From Deltaproteobacteria bacterium (GTDB lineage: Bacteria; Myxococcota; Myxococcia; Myxococcales; 40CM-4-68-19), in assembly GCA_005879315.1 (NCBI GenBank), contig VBLC01000044.1:1805-65804 (forward strand): DNA of 64,000 nt. Direction: 5' to 3'. Positions 58,033 to 64,000 of the stretch are shown here, piece by piece (position 1 is the stretch's first letter; each line of letters starts with the position of its first letter). Below the pieces are notes generated by a model, which made no database searches, was not told the DNA's origin, and worked only from the letters and a program-made list of their open reading frames with translations. A program made the translations under genes and the position numbers.

Positions 58033-58956
58033 GTGGATCGGACCGACTCCGCCGCCGGCAGGCTGGCCGGGCAGCTCGCTGCACCGCGCGCCTCCGCGCT
58101 GCTCGAGGCCATGCGGCCGCGGCAGTGGAGCAAGAACGTCTTCGTCTTCGCCGGCATCGTCTTCGCCGGGCGGCTCTTCGACGTGCGCGCCGAGCTGCGT
58201 GTGCTCGCCGCCTTCGCCGTCTTCTGCGTGGCGAGCAGCTCGGTCTATCTCGCCAACGACGTCGCCGACCGCGCCTCCGACGCGCACCACCCCTTGAAGC
58301 GGCTGCGCGCCGTCGCCTCGGGGCGGCTCTCGCCGACGCTGGCCGGCGCCGCTTCCGCCCTGCTCGGCGCCATCGCCGTCGTCGCCGCCGCGCTGCTCAA
58401 CCGCGCCACGCTCGCCCTCGTCCTCGCTTATCTGCTCTCGACGTTGGCGTACAGCTTCTGGCTCAAGCGCCTGTTTCTGGTCGACGTCATGATCGTCGCT
58501 GCCGGTTTCGTCCTGCGCGCCGTGGCGGGCGCGGCGGTGATCGATGCGGAGATCTCTCCCTGGCTGCTGGTCTGCTCTTTTTTGCTCGCACTCTTTCTCG
58601 CGCTCGGGAAGCGGCGCGCCGAGCTGGTGCTCCTCGGCGAGGACGCCGGCAGCCACCGGCCGGCGCTCGGCCACTACAGTCTCCCTCTCGTCGACAGCTG
58701 GCTCACCGCGCTGTCCGGCGCGACCATCGTCTCCTACGCCATCTACACGCAGTCGCCGCGCACGGTGGAGCATTTCGGGACGACGAACCTGCTCTACACC
58801 GTCCCCTTCGTCATCTACGCGCTCTTCCGCTACCAGCAGCACATCCTGCGGCAGGACGCGGGCGGCGATCCGGGCAGCCTCCTGATGCAGGACCGGAGCC
58901 TCTGGCTGGCTCTTCTCGGCTGGGCCGTCACCGCCGCAGCCGTGATCTATCGCTGA
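58033..58956 (+). CDS. UbiA-family prenyltransferase resembling decaprenyl-phosphate phosphoribosyltransferase
   Basis: RPRQWSKNVFVFAG, the Asp-rich motif YLANDVADRASD and multiple TM helices. Starts 9 nt after the DprE2-like gene. Confidence 0.8.
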   Translation: MDRTDSAAGRLAGQLAAPRASALLEAMRPRQWSKNVFVFAGIVFAGRLFDVRAELRVLAAFAVFCVASSSVYLANDVADRASDAHHPLKRLRAVASGRLSPTLAGAASALLGAIAVVAAALLNRATLALVLAYLLSTLAYSFWLKRLFLVDVMIVAAGFVLRAVAGAAVIDAEISPWLLVCSFLLALFLALGKRRAELVLLGEDAGSHRPALGHYSLPLVDSWLTALSGATIVSYAIYTQSPRTVEHFGTTNLLYTVPFVIYALFRYQQHILRQDAGGDPGSLLMQDRSLWLALLGWAVTAAAVIYR

Positions 58957-59905
58957 AGGCGCGCAGGGCCATGAGCCCGCCGCCGGCCGCGGCGCGCAGC
59001 TCGGCGAGAGCCAGCGATGGCCGACCGCGCAAGAGCTCGAGCGGCGCCTTCACCGCCGCGCGATAGGCCATCGTCAGCGGAACCAGCGCGGCCGCCTTGA
59101 AGAGCGGCTGGTGCAGCGCCACGGTGCGCAGGTGGCCGACGCCGAGCAGATAGCGCTGCCGCGGGGAATCAGCGCCGAGAGTCGCCGCGAAGCGATGCCG
59201 GGCGATCGCGCCGCGCACATACCAGCAGGCGATGCCCGATCGCCGCGCGCGCAGCGAGAGATCGACGTCCTCGTAGTAGGCGAAGTAGGCGGGATCGAAG
59301 AGGCCGATCTTCTCCAGCGCCGTCGAGCGCAAGAGGGCAGCGCCGCCGGTGACTCCTTCGACGGGGCCGTCGGCACGGTCCAGCTCCGCGAGCGGCAGGT
59401 CGAAGTCGCGATCGCGGGCTCGGCCGAAGGCGTCGATGGCGAGGCCTGTTGAGTTGACCCGCTCCTGCCCGCGGAAGAGCAGGGTGCCGCAGAAGAGCCC
59501 CGCCTCGGGTTGCTCTGCGGCTGCGCGCCGCATCTGCTCGAGCCAGCCGGCGCCGAGCTCCACGTCGTTGTTGACCAGCGCGACGAATCGCGCGCCGTCC
59601 GCGAGCGCGCGCCGGATGGCCTCGTTGTTGGCGCGGCCATAGCCGACGTTCTGCGGAAGCCGCAGCACATCCACGCCGGGGAAGTCGCGCGCGACCATTT
59701 CCGCCGTACCGTCGGTCGAGCCGTTGTCCACCACCGTCACGCGCAGCTGCTGCCCGCGCTGGGCGAGGAGGGCGCGCAGGCAGTCGCCGATCAGGTGCTT
59801 GCCCTGCCAGCTCACCACCACGGCATGGACGGACGGTTGTGTTACACCCTCCGGTCCCTTGATCGACGTGGGGATCAATGCCGCTCCTCTCGCCGCTCGG
59901 CGCAC
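58928..59905 (-). CDS. family 2 glycosyltransferase (rhamnosyltransferase-like)
   Basis: AVVVSWQG...VVDNGSTDGT and YYEDVDLSLR. The start is ambiguous (GTG 59905, TTG 59878 or GTG 59821). The 3' end overlaps the UbiA gene by 29 nt. Confidence 0.8.
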   Translation of the reverse strand: MRRAARGAALIPTSIKGPEGVTQPSVHAVVVSWQGKHLIGDCLRALLAQRGQQLRVTVVDNGSTDGTAEMVARDFPGVDVLRLPQNVGYGRANNEAIRRALADGARFVALVNNDVELGAGWLEQMRRAAAEQPEAGLFCGTLLFRGQERVNSTGLAIDAFGRARDRDFDLPLAELDRADGPVEGVTGGAALLRSTALEKIGLFDPAYFAYYEDVDLSLRARRSGIACWYVRGAIARHRFAATLGADSPRQRYLLGVGHLRTVALHQPLFKAAALVPLTMAYRAAVKAPLELLRGRPSLALAELRAAAGGGLMALRAFSDRSRLRR

Positions 59906-60830
59906 CGGTGTGGGACGCTACATCAGCGGGCTGCTCGGCGCGCTGGAGGCGGAACAGCCCGCCGGCTTGCGCGCCCGGCCTCTCTTCATGCCCGGCCCGG
60001 CCACCGCCTTGCGCGATCTGATCAAGAGAGTCCCCGGTGCATATGCCATGGTCGAGGTTGCGCGAGCCCTGGCCCTCGAGCGCGAGCGGCAGCGCGGTCT
60101 CGCCGTGTATCACGAGACCAACCACGCTGCGCCGCCTTTTCGCGGGCCGGTGGTGCTGACCGTCCACGACCTCTCGACGGTGCTGCACCCCGAGACGCAG
60201 GAGCGCGCGCGGGTGCGCCATTTCTCCCGCGCGCTGCGCTGGCGGGCGAGGAATGCGGCGCGGGTGATCGTGCCCACCGAGGCCATCGCCCGCGAGGCCG
60301 CCGAACACCTGTCAGTAGCGCCGGCCCGGCTGCGTGTCATCCACCACGGAGTGGACGCGCGCTTCACGCCCGCGCCGGGGCCGCGCAAGGATTTTCTCCT
60401 CTATGTGGGCGACGGCGGCCCCCGCAAGGGGCTGGAAACGCTGCGCGCCGCGCGCCTGCCCTTCGTGCACGCCGGGCCGCCCGACAATTTCGTCTCCGAC
60501 GACGAGCTGCTCCGCCTCTACCGCGAGGCGGCGGCGCTGGTCCTGCCTTCGCTCTACGAAGGCTTCGGCTTGCCGCTCCTCGAAGCGATGGCCTGCGGCG
60601 CTCCCTGCATCGCCAGCGACGACCCCGCGCTGCTGGAAGTGTCGCAGGGGGCGGCGCTCCACTTTCCCCGCGGCAACGCCACTGCGCTCAAGAGCGCGCT
60701 CGAGCGGGTCCTGCGCGACCCGGCCCTGCGCGAGGAGCTCTCACAGAGGGGCCTCGAGCGCGCCGGCGCCTTCCGCTGGAGCGATTGCGCCGCCCGCCAT
60801 GCCGAGGTCTACCGCGAGGCCGCGGCGTGA
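59859..60830 (+). CDS. family 4 (GT-B) glycosyltransferase
   Basis: Tail of track ORF 59724..60830 from TTG 59859 (LIDVGINAAPL). Contains LVLPSLYEGFGLPLLEAMACGAP. Confidence 0.8.
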   Translation: MIDVGINAAPLAARRTGVGRYISGLLGALEAEQPAGLRARPLFMPGPATALRDLIKRVPGAYAMVEVARALALERERQRGLAVYHETNHAAPPFRGPVVLTVHDLSTVLHPETQERARVRHFSRALRWRARNAARVIVPTEAIAREAAEHLSVAPARLRVIHHGVDARFTPAPGPRKDFLLYVGDGGPRKGLETLRAARLPFVHAGPPDNFVSDDELLRLYREAAALVLPSLYEGFGLPLLEAMACGAPCIASDDPALLEVSQGAALHFPRGNATALKSALERVLRDPALREELSQRGLERAGAFRWSDCAARHAEVYREAAA

Positions 60831-61927
60831 AGGTCGCGCTGGTGCACGACTGGCTCACCGGCCTGCGCGGCGGCGAGCGTGTGCTCGAGCAGCTCTGCCA
60901 GCTCTATCCAGCGGCGGACGTCTTCACCCTCGTCCACGTGCCCGGGTCGGCGGGGCCGATCATCGAGCGGCACAAGATCACCGCGAGCTTTCTCGATCGA
61001 CTTCCTCTCGCCCATTCGCACCACCGCCGCTACTTGCCGCTCTTTCCCCGCGCCGTGGAGAGCCTCGACCTGCGCGGCTACCAGCTGGTCCTCTCCACCA
61101 GCCACGCCGTCGCCAAGGGCTGCATTCCCCCGGAAGGCGCGACGCACGTCGCTTACATCCACACGCCGATGCGCTACGTCTGGGACCAGTTCGACGCCTA
61201 CTTCGGCCCGGGCCGCGCGGGGCTCCTCACGCGCATCGCTGCGCATGCGGTGGCCCCTTTCCTCCGCCGCTGGGACGTGCGCTCGACCCGGCGCGCGCAC
61301 GGCATCGTCGCCAACAGCAACTTCGTCGCCGAGCGCATCCGCCGGTTCTGGGGCCGCGAGGCCGACGCCGTCGTCTATCCGCCGGTCGACACGCACCGAT
61401 TCGTCCCCGCCGCGGAGGGGCCCGACGAATATGCGCTGATCGTCTCGGCGCTGGTGCCCTACAAACGGCTCGATCTGGCGGTGCGCGCCTTCTCCCGCGC
61501 GAAGCGCCCGCTCCTCGTCGCGGGCGATGGCCCCGAGATGGCGAGCCTGCGCGCCCTGGCGGGACCGTCGGTGCGCTTTCTCGGCGCCGTGCCCTTCGAA
61601 GACCTGCCCCGCCTCTACGCTCGCGCTCGATTCTTCGTCCTCCCCGGCGAAGAGGATTTCGGCATCGCGCCGGTCGAGGCGCAGGCCGCCGGCCGGCCGG
61701 TTCTCGCGCTCGGCAGCGGCGGCGCGCTCGAGACCGTCATCGAAGGCCAGACCGGCGTCTTCTTCCCCGAGCCGACCGTCGAGTCGCTCCTCCGCGGCCT
61801 CGCCCTCATCGACGAGCTGCGCGCCGATCCTGCTTTGATCCGCGCGCACGCCGAGAGATTCGCCGCCGGGCGCTTCGCTCCCGAGCTGAAGCGCGAGATC
61901 GATCGGGTCATCGCCCGCCGCGCTTGA
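60827..61927 (+). CDS. family 4 (GT-B) glycosyltransferase
   Basis: Tail of track ORF 59510..61927 from GTG 60827 (GTGA overlap): VKVALVHDWLTGLRGGERVLE. Contains FVLPGEEDFGIAPVEAQAAGRPV. Confidence 0.85.
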   Translation: MKVALVHDWLTGLRGGERVLEQLCQLYPAADVFTLVHVPGSAGPIIERHKITASFLDRLPLAHSHHRRYLPLFPRAVESLDLRGYQLVLSTSHAVAKGCIPPEGATHVAYIHTPMRYVWDQFDAYFGPGRAGLLTRIAAHAVAPFLRRWDVRSTRRAHGIVANSNFVAERIRRFWGREADAVVYPPVDTHRFVPAAEGPDEYALIVSALVPYKRLDLAVRAFSRAKRPLLVAGDGPEMASLRALAGPSVRFLGAVPFEDLPRLYARARFFVLPGEEDFGIAPVEAQAAGRPVLALGSGGALETVIEGQTGVFFPEPTVESLLRGLALIDELRADPALIRAHAERFAAGRFAPELKREIDRVIARRA

Positions 61928-61957
61928 CAGACTTCGCGCGGTGCGCACGTTGCTCCG

Positions 61958-62947
61958 ATGCCAAGGCTCGCCTTTCTCGATCATCCGCAAGCGACCCCAA
62001 CCCTTCCCGCCCCCGCCGTCGACGAGGCCGAGGCCCTCGACGCGTACTCCCGTGCCGTCATCACCGTCGTCGACAAGGTCGGCCCCGCCGTCGCCAGCGT
62101 CTCGGTGAAGACCTCGCGCCGCTTCCGCCCCGAAGGCGGCGGCTCGGGCGTCCTCTTCACTCCCGACGGCTATCTGCTCACCAACGCGCACGTCGTCCAC
62201 GGCGCGAAAGAGGTCTCGGTGGCGCTGCCCGACGGCACGACCCACGACGCGCACGTCGTCGGCGAGGACCCGCCCACCGATCTCGCGGTGGTGCACATCG
62301 ACGGCGCGCACCTGCCCACCGCCGAGCTGGGCAAGAGCAGCGCGCTGCGCGTCGGCCAGCTGGTGGTGGCCATCGGCAATCCGCTCGGCTTCTCCTTCAC
62401 GGTCAGCGCCGGCGTGGTCAGCGCGCTGGGCCGCTCGCTGCGCGCGCAGGACGGCCACTTGATGGATGCCATCATCCAGACCGACGTGGCGCTCAATCCG
62501 GGCAACAGCGGCGGACCGCTGGTCGACAGCCGCGCACGCGTCGTGGGCATCAACACCGCGATGATCATGGGCGCCCAGGGGCTCAGCTTCGCGGTGCCGG
62601 TCGACACTGCCCGCTGGATCCTGGGCGAGCTGATGCAGCACAGCCGCGTCCGCCGCGGTGTGCTCGGGCTGGCCGGGCAGGTGCGGCCCCTCGATCGCCG
62701 TCTGGCCCGCCGGCATTCGCTCACGCAGAAGACGGGCGTGGAGGTGATGGAAGTGGTGCCGGGAAAGGCAGCGGCCGCTGGCGGAGTCAGGTCCGGCGAC
62801 ATCGTCCTCGCGCTCGACGGCAAGATGGTGACGAGCGTCGACGAGGTTCACAAGCTGCTCGACGCCTCCTCGATCGGCCGCCGCATGCCGATCAAGGCGC
62901 TGCGCGGTGCGGCGCTGGTCGATCTGGAAGTCGTCCCCGGCGAGTGA
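61958..62947 (+). CDS. HtrA/DegP-like S1C serine protease with one PDZ domain; no signal peptide
   Basis: LLTNAHVV (His), DLAVV (Asp), GNSGGPLV (Ser) and a C-terminal PDZ-like GVEVMEVVPGKAAAAGGVRSGDIVLALDG. Confidence 0.85.
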   Translation: MPRLAFLDHPQATPTLPAPAVDEAEALDAYSRAVITVVDKVGPAVASVSVKTSRRFRPEGGGSGVLFTPDGYLLTNAHVVHGAKEVSVALPDGTTHDAHVVGEDPPTDLAVVHIDGAHLPTAELGKSSALRVGQLVVAIGNPLGFSFTVSAGVVSALGRSLRAQDGHLMDAIIQTDVALNPGNSGGPLVDSRARVVGINTAMIMGAQGLSFAVPVDTARWILGELMQHSRVRRGVLGLAGQVRPLDRRLARRHSLTQKTGVEVMEVVPGKAAAAGGVRSGDIVLALDGKMVTSVDEVHKLLDASSIGRRMPIKALRGAALVDLEVVPGE

Positions 62948-62960
62948 TATTCGCGCCTCG

Positions 62961-64000
62961 ATGTTCAAGCGCTACCACCAGCTCTTCACCGCGCTGCGCG
63001 TGCTGCTGGATCTGGCGATCGTGGCAGCGGCTTTCGCCGGCGCGTACTCGCTGCGCTTCAACTCGCCCCAGACCTGGCCCTATCCGGAGCTGCCGGCAGC
63101 GCGCGAGACGCTCATCGTCGGCGCCCTGGCCCTCCTCATCTGGCCGCTCTCGCTGCGGGCGATGGGTCTCTACCGCGCCCAGCGGCAGAAGACGCCGCTC
63201 GACGAAGTCTTCGGGGTCTTCAAGGCGACGCTGGTCGCGGGCCTTCTGCTCGTCTCGGCGACGTACTTCGTCCGCGAAGCGCGCTACTCGCGCGCCATGC
63301 TCGCCATCTTCACCACGCTCGCCTTCCTCGGCGTCGCGCTGGCGCGGGTCTTCTTCAAGGAGATCCTCCAGGCGCTGCGCCGGCGCGGCTTCAACCTCCG
63401 CTACGTCCTGGTGGTCGGCGCGGGGCGGCTGGCCCGGCAGGTGCTGGAGCAGATCGATCTGCACCGCGAGCTCGGCTTCCGGCCCGTCGGCTGCCTCTCT
63501 CTGCAGCGCAAGCGGGTCGGAACCAGCGTGGCCGGCAGCGAGGTGGTCGGCACGCTGCGCGAGCTGCGCCAGGTGCTGCAGGCGCGCGGGGTCGATCAGG
63601 TGCTCGTCGCCTTGCCCTCGCGGTCCTTCCACCATCTGCCGCGCATCATGGAGATCTGCGCCGATACCACCGTGGACGTGAAGGTGGTTCCCGATCTCTA
63701 TCAGTACGCGACGCTCTTCGGCGGGCTGGAGGAGTTCGGCGGCCTGCCGGTCGTCAATCTCCAGTCGACCGGCGTGCTCGGCATCAACGCCGTCGTCAAG
63801 CGCATCTTCGACCTGGTTTTCTCGGCGCTCTTCCTCCTCGTGCTCTCGCCGCTGCTCTTGCTCGTCGCTGCGCTCATCAAGCTGACCAGCCGGGGGCCGA
63901 CGCTCTTCACGCAGGAGAGGGTCGGCCTCGACGGCAAGCCCTTCCGGATGCTCAAGTTCCGCACCATGCGCATCGACGCCGAGCAGGAAGGGCCGCGCTT
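62961..64000 (+). CDS. polyprenyl-phosphate hexose-1-phosphate transferase (WbaP/EpsZ-type phosphoglycosyltransferase), 5' part; continues past the window end
   Basis: Own translation from ATG 62961: MFKRYHQLFTALRVLLDLAIV..., N-terminal TM helices, a Rossmann-like VLVVGAGRLARQV, then KRIFDLVFSALFLLVLSPLLLLVAALIKLTSRGPTLFTQERVGLDGKPFRMLKFRTM. Open at the edge, so not in the track. Confidence 0.85.
   Translation, partial: MFKRYHQLFTALRVLLDLAIVAAAFAGAYSLRFNSPQTWPYPELPAARETLIVGALALLIWPLSLRAMGLYRAQRQKTPLDEVFGVFKATLVAGLLLVSATYFVREARYSRAMLAIFTTLAFLGVALARVFFKEILQALRRRGFNLRYVLVVGAGRLARQVLEQIDLHRELGFRPVGCLSLQRKRVGTSVAGSEVVGTLRELRQVLQARGVDQVLVALPSRSFHHLPRIMEICADTTVDVKVVPDLYQYATLFGGLEEFGGLPVVNLQSTGVLGINAVVKRIFDLVFSALFLLVLSPLLLLVAALIKLTSRGPTLFTQERVGLDGKPFRMLKFRTMRIDAEQEGPR

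Noticed and set aside
59821-59905. Apparent divergent 5' overlap of the minus-strand GT2 (track start 59905) and the + strand GT4 (TTG 59859)
   Set aside because: This is probably a start-codon assignment artefact. The GT2 has alternative in-frame starts at TTG 59878 and GTG 59821, just before its conserved AVVVSW strand, so no real overlap need exist.
60334-63681. 1115-aa + strand ORF
   Set aside because: It is an alternative frame over two GT4 genes, the HtrA-like protease and the WbaP-type gene. The product is Arg/Pro/Ala-rich junk.

Overview
Very GC-rich chromosomal DNA (about 70% by eye, not computed) with hallmarks of a Myxococcota-type genome: MYXO-CTERM-like tails, a PEGA-domain Ser/Thr kinase, a sigma-54 activator, PilZ, MJ0042-type zinc ribbons and many lipoproteins. 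I support about 60 protein genes, 2 tRNAs (Glu-CUC, Gln-CUG), 2 clear rho-independent terminators and 3 unusual palindromic intergenic elements. I saw no CRISPR array, transposase, integrase or prophage genes. Left to right: SDR (partial), NPP-family phosphodiesterase, orphan histidine kinase, type IB topoisomerase, PilZ, typA, VOC+pcm, zinc-ribbon proteins, tmk, PocR-type sigma-54 activator, CinA-like protein, 1561-aa TPR protein + hutH, lysC, GT2, Cys-repeat lipoprotein, tRNAs, M16 peptidase, gltX, ggt and a tandem metzincin with MYXO-CTERM-like tags. Next comes a reductive pyrimidine catabolism operon that also carries an OMP, an Hsp70-substrate-binding-domain-only lipoprotein and a fatty acid hydroxylase. 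Then xthA, dnaK, the kinase, a MerR-like/sigma-region-4 pair and purH-purD-lptF/G-like. From about 50.9 kb to the window end lies a surface-glycan locus: rmlA/B/D-like, wzm/wzt, desaturase, a DprE1/DprE2/UbiA-like trio, GT2, two GT4, an HtrA-like protease and a partial WbaP-type phosphoglycosyltransferase. The best candidate for something new is that DprE1/DprE2/UbiA-type lipid-linked pentofuranose (arabinose-type) donor module sitting in a Gram-negative ABC-transporter glycan locus. Other notable points are the fused metzincin pair with an internal sorting tag and an HE-to-EH swapped zinc motif, the SBD-only Hsp70 lipoprotein, a dispersed family of hexamer-periodic palindromic intergenic elements, and purD and the lptF/G-like gene lacking canonical start codons. 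Novelty cannot be established without database searches. Many long ORFs in the track are antisense or out-of-frame artefacts of high GC and were rejected. CDS coordinates include the stop codon, as in the track. Many neighbouring genes overlap by ATGA/GTGA/TTGA, which suggests translational coupling.
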